Of a stretch of 64,000 nt of DNA, positions 23,656 to 35,925 are shown in pieces. Source of the DNA: Scyliorhinus canicula (Eukaryota); NCBI RefSeq assembly GCF_902713615.1, contig NC_052159.1, positions 27,765,709-27,829,708 of the forward strand, given 5' to 3'. The notes beneath the pieces were generated by a model. That model worked only from the letters and a program-made list of their open reading frames with translations. It did not search any database and was not told the DNA's origin. The number at the start of each line of letters is the position of its first letter. The first letter of the stretch is position 1. The position numbers were made by a program, and so were the translations under genes.

Positions 23656-24479
23656 ATCCCATAGAACCTGTATACGTCTAGCAGGACTGGACAGGGTGGA
23701 TGCAGGAAGGATGTTCCTGATGGTGGGTGTGTCCAGAATCAGGGGTCACAGTCTGTAGATATGGAATAACCCATTTAGCACAGAGATGAGGAGAAATTCC
23801 TTCACTCAGAGAGTGGTGAGCCTGTGGAATTTGTTACCACAGGAAGTAGTTTAGGCCAAAACATTGTAAGAAGCAGTTAGATATAGCACTTAGGGTGAAG
23901 GGAATCAAAGCATATGGAGGGAAAGTGGGGGCATGGAATGCACTGCCTGTGGAAGTAGTTGAGTCGGAAACGTTGGGGACCTTCAAACGGCTATTGGATA
24001 GGTACATGGATTATGGTAGAATAATGGAGTGTAGATTAATTTGTTCTTAAGGGCAGCACGGTAGCATTGTGGATAGCACAATTGCTTCACAGCTCCAGGG
24101 TCCCAGGTTCGATTTCGGCTTGGGTCACTGTCTGTGTGGAGTCTGCACATCCTCCCCCTGTGTGCGTGGGTTTCCTCCGGGTGCTCCGGTTTCCTCCCAC
24201 AGTCCAAAGATGTGCAGGTTGGGTGGATTGGCCATGATAAATTGCCCTTAGTGTCCAAAATTCTATGATCTATGATTAACCTAGGACAAAAGTTCGGCAC
24301 AACATCGTGGGCCGAAGGGCCTGTTCTATGCTGTATTTCTCTATGATAGGTGGGGTTATTAGGTTATGGGGATAGGGTAGGGGCATGGGCTGAGGTAGGG
24401 TGCTCTTTCTGAGAGGGTTCATGGCGACTTGATGGGCCAAATGGCCTCCTTCTGCACTGTAATGATTCTTTATGCTTTA

Positions 24480-25356
24480 TTAAATGCTCTCTCCATCCTG
24501 CCACCTTCAATGATCTAGGAACATATACACCCAGGTCCCTCTGCTCCTGCACCCCTTTAGAACTGTACACCTTATTTTATATTATCTCCCCATGTTCTTC
24601 CTACTGAAATGCATCAGCTCACATTTCTCTGAATTGAACATAATCTGCCATCTGTCTGCCACTCGACCAACTTTTGAAGTTCTGCACTGTTCTCCTCACA
24701 GTTTACAATGTTCCAAGTTTTGTATCACAAGCTTTGAAACTGTTCACTGCCCAACAAGTTTGAGATAAAACATGGAAAATAGGAGCAGAAGGAGGCCATT
24801 TGGCCCTTCGATCCTGCTCCACCATTCATTATAATCATGGCGTTCCACCATTCATTATGATCATGGTTGATCATCCAACTCAATAGCCTAATCCCACTTT
24901 CCCTCCATATACTTTGATTCCCTTCACCCTAAGTGCTATATCTAACTGCTTCTTACAATGTTTTGGCCTAAACTACTTCCTGTGGTAACAAATTCCATAG
25001 GCTCACCACTCTCTGAGAACCTACCTCTGACATCCCCCCTATATCTTTCTCCATTTACCTTAAATTTATGTCCCCTTGTAATAGTTTGTTCCACCCGGGG
25101 AAAAAGTCTCTGACTGTCTACTCTATCTATTCCCCTGATCAGCTTATAAACCTCTCTCAAGTCGCGCCTCATCCTTCTCCGTTCTAATGAGAAAAGGCCT
25201 AGCACCCTCAACCTTTGCTCGTAAGACCTACTCTCCATTCCAGGCAACATCCTGGTAAATCTCCTTTGCACCTTTTCCAAAGCTTCCACATCCTTCCTAA
25301 AATGAGGTGACCAGAACTGCACACAGTACTCCAAATGTGTCCTTACCAAGGTTTTG
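24480..25356 (-). mobile_element. CR1-clade LINE 3' fragments (nested)
   Basis: LVRTHLEYCVQFWSPHFRKDVEALEKVQRRFTRM...LGLFSLERRR, the canonical CR1 ORF2 C-terminus. Confidence 0.88.
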
Positions 25357-26263
25357 TCCTTTTGGACAATTTAGCATAGCCAGTCCACTGAACCTGCACA
25401 TCTTTGGACTGTAGGAGGAAACTGGAGAACCCAAAGGAAACGCACAAAGACACGGGGAGAATGTACAGACTCCACACAGTCACCTGAGGCTGGAATCAAA
25501 CCTTCGAATCTGGCACTGTGAGGCAGCAGTGCTAACCTTTACATTTAACACTACGATTTTTAGAAAACATCAGGTCGCTTTTTTTTTATTGTCACATGAG
25601 ATGTGGGCATTGCTGGCTGGACTAGCATTTATTGCCCTACATTAATTGCCCTTGAACTGAGTGGTTTGATAGGCCATTTCAGAGGGCATTTAAGAGTCAA
25701 CCACATTACTGTGGGGTCTGGAGTCACTGGTAGGCCAGACCAGGTAAGGAGGGCAGATTTCCTTCCCTGAAGGACATTAGTGAACCAGATGGGTTTTTAA
25801 TGATAAAAAAATACAGTTTCATGGTCATCATTTGACTTTCAATTCCAGATTTTTACTGAATTCAAATTTCACCATCTGCCATAGCAGGATTTGAACCTGG
25901 GTGTGCCCAGAGCATTATCCTGGGGTTGCTGGATTACTAATCCAGTGACAATACCACTACACCACTACCTCCGCATTACTGGTAGGTCCTGAAGGAGACT
26001 AAAAGTCTCACTTCCATGTTTCAAATGATGAATCGTGGATAAAGTGAGAAAAAAAAGCTACCTAAATGTAGTTGCTTATTGAGAAGTGTCCATATATTGA
26101 GTCCCTGCATGAAAAGATCTCCATACAATATAGGAGCTGATAAGAAGCAGTCCATTACCTGCATCTGCTGGATCAGCTTTGACTGAAAAGTGTCCACTCT
26201 GGAATGCTCAACACGTCCAAAATTATCTGCACTGGAACATAGTCTCTGTAAGAAATAGGGGCA

Positions 26264-26895
26264 GAACAATGGGAGAATGAACTGGGGACAGAGGTAAGGT
26301 GGGGACTCTGGAGCGAAGCACTGAGCAGGGTGAGCTCCACCTCCTCCTGCGCAAGGCTAAGCCTAAAGCAGCTCACAGAGCGCATCTGACCAGAACCCGA
26401 ATCAGCAGGTTCTTCCCGGAGGTGGAGGGCAAATGCGAGCGGTGCCAGAGGGGCCCGGCCAACCACACCCACATGTTTTGGGCTTGCCCCAAGCTTGCTG
26501 GGTTCTGGACAGCCTTCTCCGAGGCAATGTCCAAGGTTGTGAGGGTGAGGGTGAAGCCATGCCCAATAGTGGCAATCTTCGGGGTATCGGAGCAGCCAGA
26601 GTTACATATGGGGAAGGGGCTGACGCCCTAACTTTCGCTTCCCTAATCGCACGCCGGAGAATCCTGCTCGGCTGGCGATCGGCAGCACCACAGCTGCAGA
26701 CTGTCTCGCTGAAGGAAGGCGGATAAACCATGAGAGATGGCCCCCCATTTGTTTCCACTCTGTCCAGAAAATAAAAGAAAAGCACAGCCAAAGCCGGGGT
26801 GGGGGGAGATTTACACGGGCGAGAAAAATGTGATGTGTATATATACACACAACTGTTTATAAATATGGGAAATGCCAATAAAAAGATTTTAAAAA
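26264..26895 (+). mobile_element. 5'-truncated L1/Tx1 3' fragment with TSD
   Basis: CERC...HMFWACP zinc-finger-like motif, AATAAAAAGATTTTAAAAAA end, 14-bp TSD AAGAAATAGGGGCA (26250-26263, 26896-26909). Confidence 0.85.
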
Positions 26896-28127
26896 AAGAA
26901 ATAGGGGCATGAGTAGGACATTTGGCCCAGCAGGCTTGCTCCACAATTCAATAAGATTATCCCAGGTTCGATTCCCCGCTGGGTCACTGTCTGCGGAGTC
27001 TGCACGTTCTCTCCGTGTCTGCGTGGGTTTCCTCCGGGTGCTTCAGTTTCCTCCCACAGTCCAAAGATGTGCAAGTTAGGTGGATTGACCATGCTAAATT
27101 GCCTTTAGAGTCCAAAGATAGGGTGGAGGCGTGGGCTTGGGCGGGATGCTCTTTCCAAGGGCCGGTGCAGACTCGATGGGCCAAATGGCCTCCTTCTGCA
27201 CTGTAAATTCCATGATTCTATGGTTATGACTGATCAGATTGTGGCCTTGACTATGCGTTCCAGTCTGTCTCCCATAATGCCTAACTCCTTTGCCAATCAA
27301 AAATCTGTCTGAATCAGCCTTGAAGATATTAAATTATCCAACCTGCGTTGATCCCTGTGAAGAATTCCAAAGATCTACTGAAAAAATAAATTTTTCCTCA
27401 CCTCTGTCTTAAATGGGAGACCCCTTATTTATAAATGGTGTATTCTAGTTCTACATACAATTTGTCTCGGGGTTAGTTTGTTTGTTTGGCAGAAAAATGG
27501 ATAGGAGATCTTGGAGACTATCTGCAAGGTGACTAATCAGGTCTAAAATCTGGAAAGTTGTGTGACTAGCTCGGAGAGCTGAGTATTTTCCCAGAAACAG
27601 CCAAACTGTGAACTGGAATATTATTGGTTGGTAATAGAATTCTGGAAAGCTACACCATCAGGATTGTCATGGCCTGAGGGAAAGAGAGTTTGTAGAAATA
27701 TGCCTTGTTGATGATAATTGTTCCAAATGACCCAGAGGTGGTGGTTGTTGTCAGATAGGACTCCTGACCCACCCTGCTTTAATAAAGAACAGCATATTGT
27801 GGAACTGTGTGGCTATATAGGGGAACACATGTGCGGTGACTGATGCGGGTGCTTGTGATTGTGTAAGATGTACTTGTGTTGTATTGACTATTTAAAGTGG
27901 AATTTACCTTTGCCTGTTAATTTATGTTTAATTTGTGTTGGTTCTGTTCTCTGTAAAAGTTAAAGCTACAAAAATGAAATATTTTTGGTAACTTCTTCAT
28001 TTGCTGGGCATTCAGTAAATTTGGTTATTTTGGTTTAGGGTCCCTCCATGGCGATTGGTCCATGTATATGATAAACTGGTGACACTGAATTTGAGACAAT
28101 ATCCAGTGCAGACATAAATAAGAATTA

Positions 28128-28590
28128 TGGGTGGCACGGTAGTACAGTGGTTAGCACTGCTGCTTCATAGTGCCAGGGACCCGGATTTGATTCTCAGCTT
28201 GGGTCATTGCCTGTGCAGAGTCTGCATGGTTTAGCTCACGGAGCTAAATCGCTGGCTTTTAAAGCAGGCCAGCAGCACGGTTCGATTCCCGTACCAGCCT
28301 TCCCGAACAGGCGCCGGAATGTGGTGACTAGGGGCTTTTCACAGTGACTTAATTGAAGCCTACTCGTGACAATAAGCGATTTTCATTTTTTTCATTTTTC
28401 ATGCCTGCGCGGGTTTCCTTCAGGTGCTCCGGTTTCCTCCCACAAATCACGAAAGACGTGCTTGTTAGGTGAATTGGACATTCTGAATTCTCCCTCTGTG
28501 TACCGCAGAGTGTGGCGACTAGGGGATTTTCACAGTAACTTCATTGCATTGTTAATGTAAGCCTACTTGTGACACTAATAAAGATGATTA
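28128..28590 (+). mobile_element. HE1-head/ATT-tail SINE with a second SINE nested inside (~28228-28401)
   Basis: Outer SINE is broken at GAGTCTGCAT and resumes at GCCTGCGCGGGTTTCC; inner copy has TTTAGCTCA head and TTTCA tail. Confidence 0.8.
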
Positions 28591-28913
28591 AATATTTGTA
28601 ATGTAAAATTGGACTCCATTCATCGTAATTCCATCCTTTTAAGATTCTCCATGTTGGAATGCCTTCTGAATGGAGCCTTGATTAAAAGTTTCCTTGACCT
28701 GACAGCAGCTCTACAGTTTGTGCCCCCACTCCTGGTCCAGGGGTGAGAGCCTTGTCCTTTATGAGAGGCTGTGCAAATTGGGCCTCTACTCTCTGAAGTT
28801 AAGGAAAATGAGAGATGATCCCATTGAGGATAATCAAGATTTCTGAAGGGACTTTATGGAGTAGATATTGAGAGGTTGTTTTTACTGATTGAGGAATCAT
28901 GAACACAGAGTCA

Positions 28914-29150
28914 TGGCGGCATGTGGCGCAGTGGTTAGCACTGGGACTGCGGCGCTGAGGTCCCTGGTTCGAATCCCGGCCCTGGGTTACTGTCCGGTGG
29001 CGTTTGCACATTCTCCCCGTGTTAGCGTGGGTTTCACCCCCACAACCCAAAGATGTGCTGGTTAGGTGGATTGGCCATGCTAAATTGCTCCTTAATTGGA
29101 AAAGAAAAATAATTGGCTACTCTAAATTTTAAAAAGCAACAAAAAAAAAA
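28914..29150 (+). mobile_element. Short-tail HE1-like SINE
   Basis: A-rich tail; 16-bp near-perfect TSD ATGAACACAG(A/C)GTCAT. Confidence 0.88.
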
Positions 29151-29824
29151 ATGAACACAGCGTCATAGTGTCTGAATAAGGGACCAATCATTTAGGACTG
29201 AGAGGAGAAAACATTTCTTCATTCAAACGGTTGTGAATCTTCAGAATTTTCTATCCCAGTAGATGCTCCATCGTTGAATATTTAAGGCTGAGACAGACAG
29301 ATTTTTAGGCATTCAGGAAATCACGGGATATGGAGAATTGGAATTGGTGTTGAGGTAAAAGATTAGCCACGATGTTGCTGAATGGCGGAGCAGGTTAGAA
29401 GCACCATATGGTCTATTCTTGCTTCTATTTCTTATGTTCTTGAATATGCTGAGGCTATACCCAGCATCAGATTTGTGGCATAACGAGCTGAGATATTAGT
29501 GAGTTGTTGCTCAGGTGGCCCACTCGAATGACACTTGCTGTGCTGGATGGTAAACTGGCCCAGGCAACCACAGCAGCAGCATAAATAATGCAAGCAATTC
29601 CAGAAACCCAAAAGAGGCATCATTTCCTTTTTAATAGAAGCGACTGGGTGAGTGTTGTCAATAAATGCTAAGACCTGGGTTTCTTGCCATCTAGTGTTGT
29701 GCTGGGCCCTCTCCCTTTGCTTCCTTGGAGTAGATGATAAAGTTATTTGTCCTTTTAAACTTGGTGTCAGTGGCCTGATAGATTCAGTAGTACATTACAT
29801 ATTGGCTTATCTGGCAGATAATTC

Positions 29825-30053
29825 TTTTTTTAAATAAATTTAGAGTACCCAATTCATTTTTTCCAATTAAGGGGTAATTTAGGGTGGCCAATCCACCTAA
29901 CCTGCACATCTTTGGGTTGTGGGGGCGAAACCCACGCAAACACGGGGAGAATATGCAAACTCCACACGGACAGTGACCTAGAGCCGGGATCGAACCTGGG
30001 ACCTCGGCGCCGTGAGGCAGTTTGTGCTAACCACTGCACCACCGTGCTGCCCC
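29825..30053 (-). mobile_element. Short-tail HE1-like SINE
   Basis: Reverse complement of head/core/tail; CTGGCAGATA on both flanks. Confidence 0.88.
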
Positions 30054-30664
30054 CTGGCAGATATTTCTGAGGCATATATTTTCCTTCTTGAGATCTGTGC
30101 ATTTCTGGCATAGTCAATATTTAATGTCCATCCTTGGTTGCCCTTCAGAAGGTGATGGAAAGCGTTCTCCTTGAATTGCTGCCGTCTGTGTGGTGAATGT
30201 GTTTCTGAGCAAAATCTAGGATGCCATATGGTGTAGGCGTGCAAAGTTATCAGAAGTTATCAGAACGCAATGAACAACATCTCCCTCTCAATCCATCAAT
30301 GAGCTAGGCTGGTTAGTCAATTAGTGAAGGACTCAGTGTTCTACAGGCTTTGCTCAGAGATGGACACGTCAACTTTCTTTGTTTAATAAATGTGTTTTTC
30401 CTGTTGTTAAAATTAATGAGCAGCCCTGTGACTCCACGTTTTAAAAAAAGTAAAAAGTTACAGTCAAAGAAGCCACGGTTCCTATCTGGGATCTTCCCAT
30501 CCAGTTGTAGCACGAACTGGGACTGCAACGAAACAATACTACCATTGAAAAATAAATTCACTGATATGTCGTTTTTTGTAACCCCAAGACCTCCCAAAGT
30601 ACTTCCAAGCAAAATGTGTTTTTGAAGTCTAGTCACTGCAGTGCAGGAAGTATCACAGGAGTAC

Positions 30665-31272
30665 ATATACAGTGGTTAGCACTGCTGTCTCACAGTACCA
30701 GTGACCTGTGCTCAATTCTAACCTCCGGTAACTGTCTGTGTGGATTTTGCACTTTCTCCCCGTGTCTGCGTGGGTTTCCGCCGGGTGCTCCGGTTTCCTC
30801 CCATAGTCCAAAGATGTGCAGGTTAGGTGGATTGGCCATGCTAAATTGCCCCTTGGTGTCCAAAAAAAGTTAGTTGCGGTTACGGGGATAATAATAATCT
30901 TTATTATTGTCACAAGTAAGCTTACGTTAACACTGCAATAAAGTTACTTTGAAAGTCCCCTCACCGCCACACTCCGGCGACTGTTCGGGTACAATTCACC
31001 TAACAAGCTCTTATTTCGTGACTTGTGGGAGGAAACTGGAGCACCTGGAGGAAACCCTCGCAGACATGGGGAGAACGTGAACACTCCACGCAGACAGTGA
31101 CCCAAGTGGGAATAAAACCTGGGACCCCGGAGCTGTGAAGCAAAAGTGCTAACCACTGTGATACCACGTCGCACATAAAGGATAGGGTGGGCGCTGGTAG
31201 GGTGCTCTTTCAGAGGGTCAGTGCAGACTGGATGGGCTGAATGGCTTACTTCTGCACGGTAGGGATTCAATG
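30665..31272 (+). mobile_element. HE1-like SINE interrupted by an antisense SINE (~30890-31170)
   Basis: Plus-strand head/core, minus-strand ATT-tail SINE, then CR1-type tail resumes at GGATAGGGTGG. Confidence 0.75.
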
Positions 31273-31632
31273 GACATTTTATCTCATTCACGGTGCCTTT
31301 CCCTCCGTCTCGCTAAAGCACCACCCCTCGCTCCCATTGTCTTTAAAACCCAGCACGATTTGGAATATGTCAGTGTTTCTCTTCCAATCATGGAAGGGGA
31401 ACCATCCCAGAATCGTCTGGAAGTGTGCAAGCCCTCTATCAACCCTGCAGGGACTTTATCCAGCAGCACCTCCTTGTAGATGGCGCTAACGAGAGAGAGA
31501 AAGCGAGGGAGTGAAAATAGCTCATCTGATGTCCCGCACAAGGTCCTCTCCCATTGCAATGACAGACGGTGTAGGAGGACTTGGGGACGAAGGGAAAGGC
31601 GCTTTGCTGAGGACAGGAGTATTTTAAAGGCG

Positions 31633-31732
31633 GTGAGTAAACGCTCCTGGCGATTAGTTTGCAGGGGCGGCTGCTTCCGTGCTGTCGCTGGCTGCATTTT
31701 GGTTTTTTAATTTGTTAGTTTGTGTTTTGCAG
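31633..31732 (+). other. LIPT1: Putative 100-nt 5' UTR intron of LIPT1
   Basis: Donor GCG|GTGAGT at 31633, T-rich tract and TTTTGCAG| acceptor at 31732, followed by Kozak-like CCACGCCATG. Confidence 0.7.
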
Positions 31733-31739
31733 CCACGCC

Positions 31740-32870
31740 ATGCCCTTGCTGGAAGCGGCACTCCGGACAGTGTGGGGAGCTCTGTGCCCTGCTCGCTACA
31801 CCACCCTGGCCGCTCTGGGTGAGTGCCAGGCCGGCGGCCCTCTGCTCCTGCAGTCCCTGTCCACCGACATCTACCAGAACCTGGCGCTGGAGGACTGGCT
31901 ACACGAGTACGTGCAGACCTGGGGCGGGCAGGCGCTCCTGCTCTGGAGGAACGGCCCCGCCGTGGTCATCGGTCGCCACCAGAATCCCTGGCGGGAGTGC
32001 AACCTGAAACTCATGAGGGAGCGAGGGGTCCAGCTGAGCCGCAGGAGGAGTGGGGGAGGCACCGTGTACCACGACCTGGGCAACATCAACCTGACCTTCT
32101 TCACCTCCAGGCAGGGCTACGACAGGCGTGGCAACTTGGAGCTGCTCATCTCCGCCCTGAAGGGGATCCGACCTCACCTGGACGTCATGGCCACAGACAG
32201 GCACGACCTGCTGCTCAACCGGGCCTTCAAGATCTCAGGCACTGCCTCCAAGATTGGCAGGACCTCGGCCTACCACCACTGCACCTTGCTTTGCAACTCA
32301 GACAGGTCCACGCTCTCCTCGGTGCTCCAGTCTCCACACCAAGGTCTTAAAACCAACGCTACCCCCAGCACACCTGCCCGAGTGAAAAACCTCTGTGAAG
32401 AGGATCCCACCCTCACCTGTGATGTACTGATGGAGGCCATTGCTGCGGAGTACGCAAAGCGCCACGGCCTCCGTGGCCAAATCATGCTCATCGACCCTCG
32501 AGACGACCTGTTGCTGCCAGGAATTGGCAAATTTACTCAGGAGCTGAAAAGCTGGGAGTGGACCTATGGCAGAACACCCAAGTTCAGTATCAGCCACTTG
32601 TTCTCTCTGCACCATGATGTGAACGAGGAAGAGGTTAAATTGAACATGAGCATTAACCATGGCAGGATTGAAAGTTGTAGTATTGAAGTGTTTTCTGAGT
32701 GGCTACCATCTACCATGTGTGACCAGTTAGCCTCAGACCTCATTGGCAATAGGTTTTGCCCTACTGAAACAATGGTTTTGGCAAGCGCCCATTTAAGGAT
32801 TTGTTCCGTGGACAATGAGCTACATAACAGATGGAATGCACTTTGTGAACAAGTTATGGCGATAATGTAA
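31740..32870 (+). CDS. LIPT1: Lipoyltransferase 1, mitochondrial (376 aa, single coding exon)
   Basis: DIYQNLALEDW, LWRN.PAVVIGRHQNPWREC, RRRSGGGTVYHDLGNINLTFF, KISGTA, YHHCTLL, WEWTYGRTPKF motifs of LIPT1/lipoate-protein ligase; ATG at 31740 in good Kozak context. Confidence 0.95.
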   Translation: MPLLEAALRTVWGALCPARYTTLAALGECQAGGPLLLQSLSTDIYQNLALEDWLHEYVQTWGGQALLLWRNGPAVVIGRHQNPWRECNLKLMRERGVQLSRRRSGGGTVYHDLGNINLTFFTSRQGYDRRGNLELLISALKGIRPHLDVMATDRHDLLLNRAFKISGTASKIGRTSAYHHCTLLCNSDRSTLSSVLQSPHQGLKTNATPSTPARVKNLCEEDPTLTCDVLMEAIAAEYAKRHGLRGQIMLIDPRDDLLLPGIGKFTQELKSWEWTYGRTPKFSISHLFSLHHDVNEEEVKLNMSINHGRIESCSIEVFSEWLPSTMCDQLASDLIGNRFCPTETMVLASAHLRICSVDNELHNRWNALCEQVMAIM

Positions 32871-34019
32871 TGTTTAGCCTTTTGTTAACTCCCCATGCAA
32901 ACTTGAATTTAATACTGCTGAACCTACCGAGAGATAGCTTGAATCAAGCAAAAAATATCTCTGGTTTTGCTTTGTGCAATTCTTACCAAAGATGAGTTTT
33001 GCAAAAATATTTTTTTCCTACAATACTTGGTGCTACTTTAGTTAAAACTGGAGAGAGAAAAAAAGACCCAGATATATGAAATAAATATTTTCTTTCGGGA
33101 AAATTGAAACACAAATAGCCTGTACGGGTGAAGGGCTTGAATCAAAATAATTGGCTATCTATTGTTGGGAATGCTTGAATTGATCAACTAGATAAGTAGA
33201 ACATAGAAATATTTTTGTATAAAATACTAACAATACAGAGTGCAAAGGATATATTTTTGTTGTAATTAAAATCCTTATAATATCCAAAAAATAGATTGCA
33301 GTGGTTCAAGAAGACCTTCGAGAACAAATGCCAGTGACACCCGCATCTCATGAAGAAAGGTTTCAAAAATGAGATGGTAGTGGGTCATATATTGTACTGT
33401 ATAGAGCAGTATTCTAATTTTAAATGAAAAAAAGGTGTTGGAATTATGCTGACTCACTACATATTTCTATCATTATCTGTTTCGTTATTAAAGATTTCCA
33501 AACCTCTGTTTTTTTTAAATAATCTACTTTTAAGTTAAATTTGGATTATTTTGTGCCAAGGTAATGAATAAATATTGATGAATTAGATCTGAAAACTGCT
33601 GCACTATTATTACATTTTATATTTACACCCTGTACAAAAACATTTTACAGGAGTCAAGAAGGACAGTGGGTATTGAGTAGGAGGTGGGTGAGGAAAAACA
33701 ACTGTAGCTAAGGGAGTTTGGGAAAAATACAGTTAAAAGATGCACAACAGAGGCTGGGTATTCTACTGCAGGAAACTCACCTGCTGGCTCTCAAAAACCT
33801 GTCCACCATCAACAGATCATGGGTGTGATGGAATACTCTCAATTGCCTTGATGAGTACTGCTCCAATAACACTCGAAGCTCAACATTATATAGGACAAAG
33901 CATCCCACTTGATTGGCACCTCGCACGTCACATTAATCATTCACACCCCCCATTATCACCATTTAGTGAGTACTGTATGCAGGATGCACTGCAGCAACTC
34001 ACCAGGGCATCTTTGACAG

Positions 34020-34325
34020 CGTGGTGGCACAATGGTCAGCACTGCTGCCTCACAGCGCCAGGGACCCGGGTTCAGTTCTGGCCTTGGATGACTGTCTGTG
34101 TGGTTTGCACGTTCTCCCCCATGTCTGTGTGGGTTTCCTCTGGGTGCTCCGGTTTCCTCCCACAGTCCAAAGATGTGCAGGTTAGGTGGATTGGCCATGC
34201 TAAATTGCCTATTAGCATCCAAAGGTTAGGTGAGGTGATGGGGTGGGGGATTGAGCCTAGGTGGGGTGCTGTTTCAGAGAGGCCAATGGATCGAATGGCC
34301 TCCTGCACTGTAGGGATTCTATGAT
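34020..34325 (+). mobile_element. HE1-like SINE inside an older LINE fragment
   Basis: Head/core/CR1 tail; TGACAGC on both flanks. Confidence 0.85.
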
Positions 34326-34582
34326 GACAGCACCTTCCAAATCCATGACCTCCTCCACCTAGAACAGCCAGAACAACGACACATGAGCTCACCCCGTGGG
34401 AACATATCACTTTATTGCTGCTGGATCAAAATCCCTGAACACCTTCCTAACAACACTGGGAATGCCTTCACCACACGAGCTACAACAGTTCAAGAAGGGG
34501 AAATCACAGCGCTGCCTATATCTTGTGAATAAGAAAAACATGTGACAGCAACAGGTGTGTTTTCAAATGAAACTAGCTGAAA

Positions 34583-34658
34583 TGCATTCTGGGACGGAGT
34601 AATGAAACCACATATCCCAGAATGCTGTGGGCTGAGCAGCCTTTTTCAGAAGGTAAGG
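34583..34658 (+). promoter_or_regulatory. Candidate KCTD21 promoter: two inverted ZNF143/SBS-like motifs then a splice donor
   Basis: GCATTCTGGGACGGAGT (minus: ACTCCGTCCCAGAATGC) and ACCACATATCCCAGAATGC resemble ACTACAnnTCCCAGAATGC; AAG|GTAAGG donor at 34653, second donor TAG|GTAAGG at 34884. Confidence 0.5.
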
Positions 34659-35925
34659 AGCACCTGCAGCACATTCCTGTTTCAAATTATTTTCCATCGA
34701 ATTTCGAATTAAGTCTAATTAGCTTGGTGATCTCGTTACAATAAGGTGGTTGTCAGAGGAAATAAACATTACAATAATACTCTAAGAAGAGAAAACAAAG
34801 TTTTAATAGGTCTGTGGATCCAAACTTCCTTGAACTGCTTTTGTGATCTTGGGTGTGACCGTGTTTGCTTTTCCTTAATATAGGTAAGGGCAGATGTTAA
34901 ATGTAGATTATCCTGGAATTTTCATTGATCAACAAAAGGAATAGTTTAAGAATTCTCCAAGTACATGGTTTTTGACATTGCAGTTCATACTCTTTTTTTA
35001 TAGGCCTTTTGTTGGCCTGGAATTCAATCTGCTAAAGCATGGTGCTCATATCAACTTCTTTTGACATTCAAAGTAAATTGGGCACATAACTTCAAAAAGT
35101 TATCTTTATTTTCTTACGTGATGCAACAATACTTCACTTTTCCAAGACTTCTTAGTGTGGTGTTTGACACTTTCATGTTGACAACGTGTTAGCTATGGAA
35201 TATTCTATGTTAGATGTATGAAGAGCAAAACAACTGTCTGGGGAAATGGCTACTCTGTGGAATTAATTTTCTTTTAAGGTTTAGATCTCCCAGTAGTAGT
35301 TCACTTGAGTTTATCTATTGATAAGACAGACCAGGGAGTCCCTGTTTCATGCTAAGTTAACTGATCTCAGTTGCAAAAGTAGGATGGGTACGACAATTGG
35401 ATTCTTGTGCTCCCAGGTTAGATAGAGGAACATTATTCGGCTCCTGGTCCTAATTGCTGTCTGGAAAATAATGCTGCAAGTGTAGCTGAGGTAGGCGATG
35501 AGTGATGATGTCATGAAGCTCAGTAATTCTCAAACCAATTCCTAGCAAGAAGGGCCCACAGCGCAAAATTGTTCCGAATTTCATGTTAAATGGCAGTCTC
35601 TCTTAAATGCCTAAAAGGGAAACAGAAAGGCACACTGCTTCCATTGAGTGTGCAACTGTAGCTGACCACTTTTGAGGACATAGATGAAAGAGATTTAATC
35701 TGCAGCTATTTATGCCATATTATAGTAGGGAGTGCTTGATACTGGTATCATTAATAGCTAACAATCATTTTGAAAAAGGAGAATCTTTACAAGTTCTCTA
35801 TACGTGATTCAAGACTATTGGAACAGTCTAGGACCTAACAACAAAGGCAGATCATTTTTAACAGGACATATATTTTCTTCAAGATTCCACATCATAGTCT
35901 TTATTTTACTTACAGATTTTAAGTT

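Noticed and set aside
26264-26895. L1 3' fragment starts near the homologous position where the 3235-8115 element stops, suggesting one split element
   Set aside because: It has its own 14-bp TSD and its sequence diverges from the first element in the overlap; independent insertion.
30313-30666. 117-aa and 91-aa ORFs upstream of LIPT1
   Set aside because: No recognisable domain, no supporting splice structure.
31722-31739. ORF-track start of LIPT1 at 31722 (382 aa)
   Set aside because: Non-ATG start inside the intron acceptor; ATG at 31740 has Kozak context.
31823-32350. Overlapping alternative-frame and antisense ORFs in LIPT1
   Set aside because: Expected by-product of high GC3; no recognisable motifs.
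31740-32870. Intronless LIPT1 and KCTD21 CDSs as retrocopies or bacterial transfers
   Set aside because: Both have single coding exons in other vertebrates and both show upstream splice acceptors here.
35330-35500. Possible ancient SINE remnant in the KCTD21 intron (and ~53850-53960)
   Set aside because: Too degenerate to assign to a family without a database search.
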